A DNA stretch of 64,000 nt from the NCBI GenBank assembly GCA_030390025.1, contig CM059432.1, forward strand, positions 24,120,001-24,184,000, read 5' to 3'. The stretch is from Squalus acanthias. Lineage: Eukaryota. Shown in pieces: positions 23,914 through 34,394 of the stretch; positions within the stretch are counted from its first letter, which is position 1; every line of letters starts with the position of its first letter. The translations under genes were made by a program, and so were the position numbers. Below the pieces are notes generated by a model. The model was not told the origin of the DNA, made no database searches, and worked only from the letters and a program-made list of their open reading frames with translations.

Positions 23914-25798
23914 AGTGGTTTCTCAGAATATGTTGCAGGTGGTGCAGCATAGGCAGAAATCCTGTAGAATGATCCAAGGCAGCAAGAAGCCATAAAATCA
24001 AGCTGGAAAAGTGATGTCAGGAGAGGCGGGTTTCAGTCCCAAAACACTAATTGGCCAAGGGCATCCCACACCTCTGAAATCAAGTGGCCAATCAGGGGAA
24101 AATCGCAATTTTTTGAAAACTATCAGTGGAGGCGGGTTTCAAACCTACCCAAACTGAAACCCGCCTCCATCTCGCCTCCAGTGGGAAAATCGCCCCCAAC
24201 ATCTTTGGTTACCGCCACTCCGTTTCCTAGCCACTAATTCCACCCCTTCCCTGGCCACTGTCTCAGGCTGAACTAGACTGTTTGCAACCTCAACCTATTT
24301 GACCTTGAGCTGAGCTTCCGACCCTGTATCCTCTCCATCACCAAGATTGCCTACTTTCACTCATCTTCGCCCCGCCTCAGTCCATCTGCTGCTGAAACCT
24401 TCATCCATGCTTTTGTCACCTCCAGACTCGACTATTCCAATGTTCTCCTGGCCAACCTCCCATTTTTCACCCTCTGTAAACTTGAGCTCATCCAAAACTC
24501 TGCTGCCCGTATCCTAACTCACACCCGAGTTCCGTTCACCCATCACCCCTGTGATCGCTGACCGATATTGGCTCACAGTCCGGCAACGCCTCGATTTTAA
24601 AATTCTCATCCTTGTTTTCAAATCTCTCCATGGCCTTGACCATCCCTATCTCTGTAATCTCCTCCAGCCCGACAACCCTCTGAGAACTTTGCATTCCTCC
24701 AATTCTGGCCTCTTGAGGATCCTCGATCTACTTCGTCTCACCATTGACAGCCATGCCTTCAGCTGTCTAGGTCCTAACCTCTGAAATTCCCTCCCTAAAG
24801 ATCTCTGCCTCTCCAAGTCTCTCTCTCCTCCTTTAAGATGTTCCTTAAAACCTACCTCTTTCTGTCCTAATATCTCCTTATATGGCGCAGTGTCAAATTT
24901 TGTCTGATAATGCTCATGCAAAGCACCGTGGAACGTTTTTACTACGTCAAAGTTGTTGTTGTTGCAAATACAAGTTCTTTCTTTCCATCTGTTCAGTTGT
25001 GATTTGTTGCCGTTTTATGAATAGAGAATTTGAGCCAATCAGGTGCAAATGTGACTCACAGGGGGAGAAATTCAGTATCGCCCCATTTGGGGCGGAATTA
25101 TCGGCCGGGCGCAAAGATTAGCGCCTGGCGCTAATTATCGCCTCCGACTGCAAACTTGACTTTTATCACCCCTGGAGGTGATTGGAGCGCTAAATCAGGC
25201 GCTACACATCTGTCTTAAGGCGCAAAGTGCCGAGGAGCGAGGCGCTAACTCAGAGCGCGGGCGCAGCGCAGGTGCTGTCAGTTAGCGATGGAACACAGAC
25301 ACACTGGCGCCGGACAGTTCTTAAAGGGGAGGGTCGATCTTGCACTCCAGCCACACCCTGCTCATTGCAGCCTTGAATCTCGGCCTGGAGAGACCTGTGC
25401 TTAAATCTTCCAGCCAAGGACTATGGAGAGGGTGAGAGAACGAGCTCAGCGCTTCAGCGAGCGGGCCTTGGATGCTTTGGTTGGTGTGGTGGAGCGCAGA
25501 AGATCTATACTCTTCCCTGAGAGTGGCAGGAGGCCTTTGCCGCGCGAGTACAGAAGAGTGTGGAGGGAGGTGGCTCAGAGCGTCTCCTCCAGGAGCATGG
25601 TGCCCAGGACCCATATACAATGTCGAAACAAGTTCAACGACCTCATCGGGTCGTCAGGGTGAGTGGCTTTTTTTCAACACCTCTCCATCCCTCCATCTCA
25701 ACCTCACTCTATGGCCAGAGGGTCTTAAAACCCCAATGCCCAACACTCATCCAACACCTATAGCCCTCTCATGAAACACACACGCACATTCCACACTT

Positions 25799-25906
25799 TG
25801 CATACAGTAAGGGCAATTCACCTATGGGAGGCACATCAGGCAAGACCATGGCTGCATACAGTAAGGGCTATTCACCTAGGGGAGGCACATCAGGCAAGAC
25901 CATGGC
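25799..25906. repeat. 54-bp tandem duplication in Myb intron 1
   Basis: TGCATACAGTAAGGGC...CAAGACCATGGC twice, two mismatches. Confidence 0.9.
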
Positions 25907-27012
25907 TGTATATTTACTCAGACGCCGTTCTTTTTCTTGCAGCCAAGCTATCTCATAATAGGAGACAGCAGCAACGGACGTGTGGAGGGCGGCCTCAGCT
26001 GCAACCCCTCAGCGATCTTGAGGCGCGCATCCACAGGATTGTGGCAAGCCGGGTGATCGGTCCCGTCGCCACTGGAGACGCCGACCCCGTTCTGGACAGC
26101 AATGGTAAGGCCATCACCTTTTTGTCCTCTGTCCTTCCACTTGTCCCTCACAACACCAGCCTTTGACACTTTCAATCCAACTTACTAAATCGCTGCACTC
26201 ATTCCTCCCTTACTGCCCCCCTGTCCTCACGCTAAAGCCACTCTTGTACCTCCCTGCTTTCAGATGGTGATTCACCAGCTGAGGAGACGGGCCCTCAAGC
26301 TGCCAGTGGGAGTGAAGCTGCAGGTGAGGAGGAAGATGAAGGCGGAGCATCAGCGCCACCCTCTCCCAAGGAAGCCCAAGCCCACACTGGGAACACGCTT
26401 TCCCTGGAGGGGAGCAGGGGGGAAGGGTCTGATGAGGGTGAAGCTCCAGGACCCAGCGGGCTGCAGCAACGCCATGGGGGTAGGGAAGCTCGGGGGCCTT
26501 CTCCCCGGAGGGAGAGTATGCCAGCGAGTCCTACTGCACTGGACGCAGTGAAGGAGCGGCTCATCGCTGAAATGAACACGCAGGTGGCGGACATGCACAC
26601 TGTGCAGTGGGAAGGGTGCCCGAATGCATTGAATCACTGGCAAGGAGTGTGGAGCACTTCGCTGTAGCACAGGCGGATGCCACGCAAATGTTTAGTGCTG
26701 CAATTCAGTCAATGGCTGCCATGACCCCATCTCTGACTGCTCTTATGCAGACTCAGATTGAGGCCACGCGAGCACTGACTGCTGCCATCCTCGCTGGTTC
26801 GGACACATTTTCCCGGGGCTCTCCCTCTCACAATGTGCTCCAGCAGATTCCTCCGGATGCTGAAGTGCTGCCCTGTGGGAGTGCCAGTGTGTTGGTCGAG
26901 CAGGGAGTTGCTGTCCTCTCTCAAGATGCGGAGATGCGGGTGTTGGACTGGGGTGGACAAAAATGAGAAGTCGCACAACACCAGGTTATAGTCCAACAGT
27001 TTTATTTCAAAT

Positions 27013-27048
27013 TACGAGCTTTCGGAGCTGCTGCCCCTTCGTCAGGTA
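27013..27048 (-). ncRNA. Minimal type I hammerhead ribozyme motif (PLE pLTR)
   Basis: UAC-CUGACGA-A-GGGGC(AGCA)GCUCC-GAAA-GC-UC-GUA. Confidence 0.7.
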
Positions 27049-27308
27049 GAGGTACATTGAGGGAATCTGTTACACAGTATATATACACAGAGAGCAATTT
27101 GTCTGCAGAGATAAAATCTGTTAGGAAGGCATTACATCAAAGACACATCAGAGTACAGCTAAGACAATGAGGTGGGTCACAGAGGGTCCAACGTGTCAAA
27201 TGTTGTCGTCTGCAGTTGAGCTTTTAACTTTTTTTTTTCTGTTTATTTTTTTGGTTGTTTTTTTTTGTGTTTTTTTTTTAAACTGGAAAGACAGACAACG
27301 ATGTCGAG

Positions 27309-28250
27309 TCACGTTCTGTAGCGTGACATGAACCCAAGATCCCGGTTGAGGCCGTCCTCATGGGTGCGGAACTTGGCTATCAGTTTCTGCTCGATGATTT
27401 TGCGTTGTCGTGTGTCTCGAAGGCCGCCTTGGAGAACGCTAACCCGCAGATCCGAGGCTGAATGTCCTTGACTGCTGAAGTGTTCCCCGACTGGGAGGTA
27501 ACAATCCTGCCTGGTGATTGTTGTGCGGTGTCCATTCATACGCTGTCTCAGTGTTTGCATGGTCTCGCCGATGTACCATGCTCCGGGGCATCCTTTCCTG
27601 CAATGTATGAGGTAGACATCGTTGGCCGAGTCACATGAGTATGTACCATGTACCTGGTGGGTAGTGTCCTCACGTGTGATGATGGTATCTGTGTTGATGA
27701 TCTGGCATGTCTTGCAGAGGTTGCCGTGGCAGGGTTGTGTGGTGTCGTGGTCGCTGTTCTCCTGACAGCTGGGTAATTTGCTGCGAACGATGGTACTTTT
27801 GAGGTTAGGCGGCTGCTTGAAGGCGAGTAGTGGAGGCGTGGGGATGGACTTAGCAAGGTGTTCATCGTCATCGATGACATGTTGAAGGCTGCGAAGAACA
27901 TGGCGTAGTTTCTCCGCTCCGGGGAAGTACTGGACGACGTAGGGTACTCTGTTGGTTGTGTCCCGTGTTCGCCTTCTGAGGAGGTCTATGCGGTTTTTCG
28001 CTGTGGCCCGTCGGAACTGTCGATCGACGAGTCGAGCGTCATATCCCATTCTTACGAGAGCGTCTTTCAGCGTCCGTAGGTGTCCATCGTGTTCCTCCTC
28101 GTCTGAGCAGATCCTGTGTATTCGCAGGGCTTGTCCATAGGGGATGGCTTCTTTAACGTGGTTAGGGTGGAAGCTGGAGAAGTGGAGCATCGTGAGGTTG
28201 TCCGTGGGCTTGCGGTAGAGTGAAGTGCTGAGGTGTCCATCTTTGATGGA
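27309..28250 (-). CDS. PLE RT thumb, Cys linker and GIY-YIG endonuclease (5'-truncated, uninterrupted frame)
   Basis: LYRKPTD, IPYGQALRIHRICS, CHGNLCKTC, VYLIHC...WYIGET, RMNGHR, EQKLI, GLNRD. The Cys linker suggests the Neptune group. Confidence 0.9.
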   Translation of the reverse strand, partial: SIKDGHLSTSLYRKPTDNLTMLHFSSFHPNHVKEAIPYGQALRIHRICSDEEEHDGHLRTLKDALVRMGYDARLVDRQFRRATAKNRIDLLRRRTRDTTNRVPYVVQYFPGAEKLRHVLRSLQHVIDDDEHLAKSIPTPPLLAFKQPPNLKSTIVRSKLPSCQENSDHDTTQPCHGNLCKTCQIINTDTIITREDTTHQVHGTYSCDSANDVYLIHCRKGCPGAWYIGETMQTLRQRMNGHRTTITRQDCYLPVGEHFSSQGHSASDLRVSVLQGGLRDTRQRKIIEQKLIAKFRTHEDGLNRDLGFMSRYRT

Positions 28251-28769
28251 GAGACCATGCAGACACTGAGACAACGTATGAACGGACACCACGCAACAAT
28301 CGCCAGGCAGGATTGTTACCTCCCAGTCGGGGAACACTTCAGCAGTCAAGGACATTCAGCCTCAGATCTGCGGGTTAGCGTTCTCCAAGGCGGCCTTCGA
28401 GACACATGACAACGCAAAATTATCGAGCAAAAACTGATAGCCAAGTTCCGCACCCATGAGGATGGCCTCAATAGGGATCTCGGGTTCATGTCACGCTACA
28501 GAACGTGACTCGACATCGTTGTCTGTCTTTCCAGTTTTAAAAAATACACAAAAAAAAAACAACCAAAAAAAAATAAAAAACAACAAAAAGTTAAAAGCTC
28601 AACTGCAGACGACAACATTTGACATGTTGGACCCCCTGTGACCCACCTCATTGTCTTAGCTGTACTCTGATGTGTCTTTGATGTAATGCCTTCCTAACAG
28701 ATTGTATCTCTGCAGACAAATTGCTCTCTGTGTATATATACTGTGTAATAGATTCCCTCAATGTACCTC

Positions 28770-28805
28770 TACCTGACGAAGGGGCAGCAGCTCCGAAAGC
28801 TCGTA
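28770..28805 (+). ncRNA. Minimal type I hammerhead ribozyme motif (inverted pLTR copy)
   Basis: CUGACGA 28773-79; helix II 28781-94; GAAA 28795-98; palindromic AGCU; predicted cleavage after C28802; helix I UAC/GUA. Confidence 0.7.
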
Positions 28806-29472
28806 ATTTTAAATAAAACTGTTGGACTATAACCTGGTGTTGTGCGACTTCTCATTTTTGTCTCTCTCAAGATGACAGCATTCCTGCTGCCACCACTGTC
28901 ACTTCTCCACTGCACTTGCCACCGCCTGTAGGACAGACTGCTGCCGCCCATGCGGAGTTGGTGCAGTCTGCAGCCTGGTCCTCCAGGCCCAGAGCTGGTC
29001 GAGGCCGTCCTTCAAGGGCATCTGCAGTCTCAGGTTCTGACAATCAGCAGCCTTCCACCAGCCTTGCTGCAGCCACTGGGGCCCCATTACGGAGGAGCAG
29101 TAGGGTGGGAAGGGGGGAAGTGCGCAAGGGAAGGAGATCACCCTCGAAGGGCAAAAAGTAGGAGGTGTGACAAAATGCTGGTCATTTTTTTATTAAAGGC
29201 TGAGGTTCGTGGTCAAACTTTTGTTTAGTGTTTTGGACATTATCTCCAGGTTGTGAGAACCAGTTATGTTAATGACTGTTTTTTTGTGTTTCTTTCTATT
29301 AGTTTATCATGAGGAAATGACACACACAGAGTTTGTAAAATAAATAAGTTTTTGTATTCAAAATGTACATGTTTGGTCTTTGGAATCATTGCTGCCTTGG
29401 CCGGCTTAGGGGTTGCGGGTTGGTTTCATTCATGTTGTTCTCAATGTGAGAAGCCATTTCCTCGGCAGGGGC

Positions 29473-30584
29473 CTAGAAGCGGCTTGCTATCAGCCGTTGA
29501 CGGATGGCCCTTCCAGTTTCTACATTGTGGGCCTCCCTCCCGCCTTGGTGCTGCTGATGATCATCCTCCTCCTCTTCCTCCTCCTCTTCCTCCTCCTCCT
29601 CTGGTGGTGCTCCAAGACCTGGTGGCATTGGCTGGGTCCTGAGGATTGCCAGGTTATGCAGCATGCAGCACACAACTACAAAGTGGGAAACTCACTCAGG
29701 CAGCGGAACCGTTGCTTGAGCACGCTGATTGTGTGCTCAACGATGTTCCTGGTAGCTTGATGGCTCTCGTTGTACCGCAGCTCAGCAGGGGTGTTGGGCG
29801 TACGGAGCGGTGTCATCAGCCAGGTGCTCAGTGGATATCCCTTGTCCCCGAGAAGCCAACCAACTGGCTGATGCGGTGCCTGGAAAAGTTCTGCCACAGT
29901 AGTCTGGTGCAGGATGAATGCATCATGGCAGCTGCCAGGATAGTGGGCATTGACAGCGAGTATCAGCTGTCTGTGGTCACAGACCAACTGAACGTTTAAG
30001 GAATGGAACCCCTTTCTGTTGCGGAAATCCTCGGCATTCTCATGCAGAGCACGCAAAGCCACATGCGTGCAGTCAATGGTGCCCTGCACCATGGGGAAGC
30101 CCGCTATCCTATCAAAGCCCATTGCGCGTTCTTGCTGCTTGTCTGGAGTCATGGGGAAAGAGATGTACTCTCGTCTCCTTTTAAAGAGGGCATTTGTGAC
30201 CTGACAGATGCAGCAATGCACCGCGAACTAGGAGATATTGGCTGATTGAAATGAGCCAGTGGCATAAAAGTTCAGAGCCACTGTGATCTTCCCTGCCACC
30301 AACAGAGACGTCCTGGACCTCAGTTGAGGCTGCAGATCTGGCTGCAGCAGGTGGCAGAGCTCAGTGACTACCTGCTTGCTGAAGCGCAGCCTTCGCAAAC
30401 ACTGCTCCTCAAACATATTAATATATGTGAATTGTTGGCGATATACCATGGGAGGGTAAGGTCTCCTGTACAGAGGCCTGTTGGCCCTCCTCCGTCTGGC
30501 CATGATTGCCACTCTCTCTTTGCGTCTCTGTGTCCTCCGATTCTGGTGGCGCAGGACGATGCCCCCAATCAGTGCAGCCCCCAC
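29473..30584 (-). pseudogene. Harbinger (HARBI1-like) DDE transposase, frameshifted
   Basis: ALNFYATGSFQ, TIDCTH, NRKGFHSLNVQLVCD, YPGSCHD, GDKGY, IVEHTI..LKQRFRCL, CCMLHN; breaks near 30225 and 29690; start codon is GTG here but ATG in the derived MITE. Confidence 0.92.
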
Positions 30585-32119
30585 AGTCTCTTGGCAATCA
30601 AAGTTATGAAGGTCAAAAACCAAAGTACCTGCAAAGTTATGATCAGTAGCCAAAACTACCTCACACAGCGTTGACTCAATGCAGAAGTCTCTCTTTCTCT
30701 CTCTCCGAATCTCTCTCTCTCTCTCTCAGAATGAGTGGAGCAAAAATGTCTACCACAGAGAAAGACAGGAAGAGCCCCCCTTTAAATAGCGCTCCCCCCA
30801 GCCCCACAGCGACTGGGGAGCGTTCCAGTCTTCTGGTCGTTGGTTGCTCCAGGCGGAAAGGATGGGGCCGCCACTCAATTTCCGCTCCGGGGCACCACAA
30901 GGGCGTTGCACCCTCGTATGACGTCAAGATCTGCGTGCGCAGGAGATCGCGGCGGTAAAGTTTATCGCCACCGCAAAATGTCTAGTTAATTTTGCGAGCA
31001 GTGCAAACATCACTGCGCCTGGGCGCTAGTTGCTTTGCGCCCCATTAGCGCCCTCTTAAGGCGCTAACAGGAGGCGTAACCAACTGAATTTTTCCCCCAT
31101 ACTCTTCATATCAAGTATGATGCCTGAAGTGTGGGGACAAAATATGTCCTTGCCAAAACAGTCTATATGTATGTTTCTATCTATATACATAAATGAATAA
31201 ATTCTATACTCCAAAGATTTCTCCATTTTGAAGTTGGGACCAACAATTTTTTAAAGCATCTCTGTCCGAAAACATTTATAAAGACTCTTTTGATTCAGCC
31301 AATTGGGAGAGAGAGAAATGAAGTTTGCCCCAAGTACATCATTAGAGGGGCAGGTCAAATTTCTGATGTGTTCTCAATACTTACCAAAAAAACCCCACAA
31401 AGTGCCCAATATCAGCAGCTCAGGTACACGTATACTCCACAAAGAGTTATGTCATCAGATTGCACTCTGAGGCTTAAATTTCTCAACATTTTTGTCAACC
31501 TTTTCTAAATTGACTGATGTTACCTATAAGCTTGTGAAATGCATTGTCCTGACACTAGCTCACCCCCTGGCTGGTAGTGAGTTTCCAACACCTGATGCTA
31601 TCTGACATACCAGAGCTTGTGAGGCGTTCCAGTGCGGCAACAAATAGCTTAAAACATGATTCAAGAACTTTCAGTTTGAATGAGACTCCAATGTTAGAAA
31701 GGAAGTATGTAGGTCTATGTAGTGCAGTGATTAGAACATTGTGCTTTAATACCTTTGGGATCCGTAGTCAAGACCAGCCCAGGCAGATAGGATTGAAGTT
31801 TCTTTTCCCTGATGACTGTAAGTGATACATTGAATTTATTACCTTGGCTGTGCCTGTGCTGCTGGCAAAAGGGGTTTAGCTATTACGTACATTCTTGGTC
31901 CCTGAATTACTTGGTGGTCCTGCTGCTTGGGATCGCTATCCTTGTCTGGTGCCAGTCGTACTGCCTGCTTTTAACTCAGTTTCTAATGAATCAACAGAAC
32001 AAAAACTGCCTATAATTCTACACTATAAAGAAATAATGTACTCAGATAACACGCTGTCATTATACATGCTGAGTGTCGTTGCTTCATGTAGACATTGGTG
32101 TTTTGGAGTTAAAGTCCAT

Positions 32120-32632
32120 GGGCTAGAAATTCGGCGGGTTAGCGCCTCCCGTTAGCGCCTCCAGGGGGGCGATAACAGGGCCCGAACCACTTACTGCCCT
32201 GGCGCGGCGAGAATATCACCTCCCGCTAAATTCGGCAGGAGGTTTGCGGTGGCGGTGTGGCGTTGCGCCCCGATCTCCTTCCCCCGGAGATCATGACGTC
32301 ATAGCCGTGCGCATCGCCCCGGTAGTGCCCCGGACCCCAACTTTGGTTTCGCCCCCTGCAGCATCGTTGGGTGAAAACACCAGCAGCTGCAGGAGGCGTT
32401 CATCGGGAGGCCGGGCGCTTCGGGGGTGATACTTAAAGGAAAAAATATACTGAAATGCTCGTTCTCTGTTTTTTTTGCTTTTTTTCCCCAGCGCTTGATT
32501 TAGCGTTCCACTTCCTTCCTGGAGCGCAAAACCGAATTTTTTTAAAAGTTGAAAGACATTAGCGGCTGGCGCTAATTTTTTCAACTTTTAAAAGTTAGTG
32601 CCCCAAACGGGGCTATAATGAATTTCTCCCCC
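32120..32632. mobile_element. Harbinger MITE related to the 25061-31098 family
   Basis: TIRs GGGCTAGAAATTC / GAATTTCTCCCCC; TSD CAT/CTT; shared GCGCCTCCCGTTAGCGCC subterminal motif. Confidence 0.8.
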
Positions 32633-32818
32633 CTTTCTGAACAAAAATCAGCATCCCCTCCCGACTCCGCCCCTCACTACTGCTCCCACGTACGATCTAA
32701 TGCGGCTGTTGCTGAGGGAAGAGGGGGCTGGCACTTTACTGCAAACTCTAGACAGATAGCTGTAAATGAGAACACTCACTATCGTTTTACTAGGTTAAGA
32801 ATTCTCAGCTACAGTGTG

Positions 32819-32985
32819 TAGGGTTGCCAAGATATTCTTGGAGGCTTCATCACATGACCTCCCGTCGCCAACCGCCTCACCCAGTCAAGCAGCCTTTCTC
32901 TTTGCATCTCCAATATTTTAATAAGCAATAAACAAAGTTGTTCAAAGAAAATGAAACCCGCAATCCTGGCGGGTTGACTACCCTG
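32819..32985. mobile_element. hAT-type MITE
   Basis: TAGGGTTGCCAA / TTGACTACCCTG termini; 8-bp TSD ACAGTGTG / ACAGCGTG. Confidence 0.75.
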
Positions 32986-33705
32986 ACAGCGTGCTGCATC
33001 CCCGGAGCAGCATCAGAACCTGTCAGGAGCTAGGAGTGGAATTAAGGAGGGGGCAAGGGAGAAGGATGCAAACATGAACTGGAGGTGGGAAAGAAGTGAC
33101 AGCATGAATGGAGGGGAAGAGGGAGAATAGTGTGGCTTGGGATGGGGAAAGGACAGTGTTGGCAAGAAATGGGGTGGGGAGGCGTGTTGAGAGAAGGGAG
33201 GTAGGAGTAGAGTATCAGCATGAATTGAGAGAGCAGCAGTCGATAAATGCTAGCGTAAATGATGGAGGCAAGGTAAAGAAGAGTGGCAGTATGAACTGGG
33301 TGGGAGGGGGAAAGAGTGAAATGAGGGTGAAGGGTAAGAAGAAGAATGCCCCCATTTCGAGATACTATAAATATGGTTGGAGAGGAAATTGAGATATCCT
33401 ACTGGTGCTCCAGGAATGCTCCTCTGAGGCTGAATCTATGGCATGTTAGGCCTTCTTTTCCTCTACTTTATAGTTTTAGAAAAAGATAGATGTGCAGAGA
33501 CAGACATTGAAGTCCTTACATTTGTAAATATGATCAGAAGTGAAATCTGGAACAAAAAATTGATTTAAAAAAAAACCACACCCAACATTTTTAAATTGTT
33601 ATTTCACTTAACTTTTACTGACTGATTTTTTTGTAGTGTTTTGTTTCCTCATATATTTTCAGTGCAGGGATGCTGGGAGGGAGATTTCCTACAGCTGATT
33701 GAGCA

Positions 33706-34171
33706 TCAACCATGGCTCAGTTGGTAGCACCCTTGCCTCTGAGTCAGAAGGTTGTGGGTTTCAAGTCTGACTCCAGAGCCATGAGCACAAAAATCTAGGC
33801 TGACACTCCAGTGCAGTGCTGCGGGAGTGCTGCACTGTCGGAGGTGCCATCTTTTGGATGAGATGTTAAACCGAGGCCCCGTCTGCCCTCTCAGGGTGGA
33901 CTTAAAAGATCCCATGGCACTATTTTGAAGAAGAGCAGGGGAGTTATCCCCGGTGTCCTGGCCAATATTTATCCCTCAATCAACATCATTAAAAACAGAT
34001 TATCTGATCATTATCACATTGCTGTTTGTGGGAGCTTGCTGTGCGCATATTGCCTGCCGCATTTCCTACATTACAACAGTGACTACACTCCAAAAAGTAA
34101 TTCATTGGCGGTAAAGCACTTTGGGACGTCCTGAGGTCATGAAAGGTGCTATATAAATGCAAGTCTTTCTT
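33706..34171 (+). mobile_element. Deu-domain SINE, full length
   Basis: TGGCTCAGTTGG A box, B-box-like GTTTCAAGTC, Deu core, TTTC tail. Confidence 0.9.
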
Positions 34172-34394
34172 TATCACTGTTGTTGTGGGTGAAAAATGAA
34201 TTGGGATGGTTACTGATGAGGTATGTGTGATGTGATTGAATCTTGTTTTGCCATTCACACTGCTGAACTTGGTTTGAACACATTTAAAAACCACAACTGC
34301 CTAAATGTGTTGTTAGTGTGTAGAAAACAACAAAAGGAAATGTAGTTTAATCTTTTCTTTTTGACTAAAAAGGAAATTAGTTTCCATTATTATC

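Larger units (their letters stand above)
21696..24197 (+). mobile_element. Harbinger transposon with transposase gene and truncated Myb gene
   Basis: TIRs GGGGGTGATTTTC / GAAAATCGCCCCC; TSD degenerate; inserted in L2. Confidence 0.9.
21622..24960 (+). mobile_element. L2 LINE 3' part, split by a Harbinger element (21696-24197)
   Basis: WMRRNFFQLNIGKTE before the insertion; IHAFVTSRLDYSN...LIQNSAARILT after it. Confidence 0.85.
26929..28861 (-). mobile_element. Penelope-like element (family 1), 5'-truncated, with about 610-bp inverted 5' copy of its own 3' end
   Basis: 13-bp TSD CTCTCTCAAGATG (26916-28 / 28862-74); arms 26958-27566 and 28251-28861. Confidence 0.95.
25423..29161 (+). pseudogene. 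Three-exon Myb/SANT-like DNA-binding protein gene of Harbinger (exons about 25423-25658, 25943-26104, 26264-29161 minus the insertion)
   Basis: RFSERALDALV...WREVAQSVS...RTHIQCRNKFNDL; GTGAGT and GTAAGG donors, pyrimidine-CAG acceptors; acidic exon 3; disrupted by small indels and the PLE. Confidence 0.85.
25061..31098. mobile_element. Full-length two-gene Harbinger transposon (about 4.1 kb plus a 1.9-kb PLE insertion)
   Basis: TIRs GGGGGAGAAATTCAG / CTGAATTTTTCCCCC; TSD ACA/ATA; convergent Myb and transposase genes. Confidence 0.92.

Noticed and set aside
25799..25906. CRISPR-like or other array
   Set aside because: Simple two-unit tandem duplication with no spacers, in eukaryotic DNA.
28251..28355. 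N-terminus (MSLTAEVF...) of the 348-aa ORF
   Set aside because: It is antisense read-through of the inverted arm; real PLE coding starts near 28250.
22213..30584. Host HARBI1 or NAIF1 genes
   Set aside because: The sequences are frameshifted and lie within TIR-bounded transposons, so no gene symbol is assigned.
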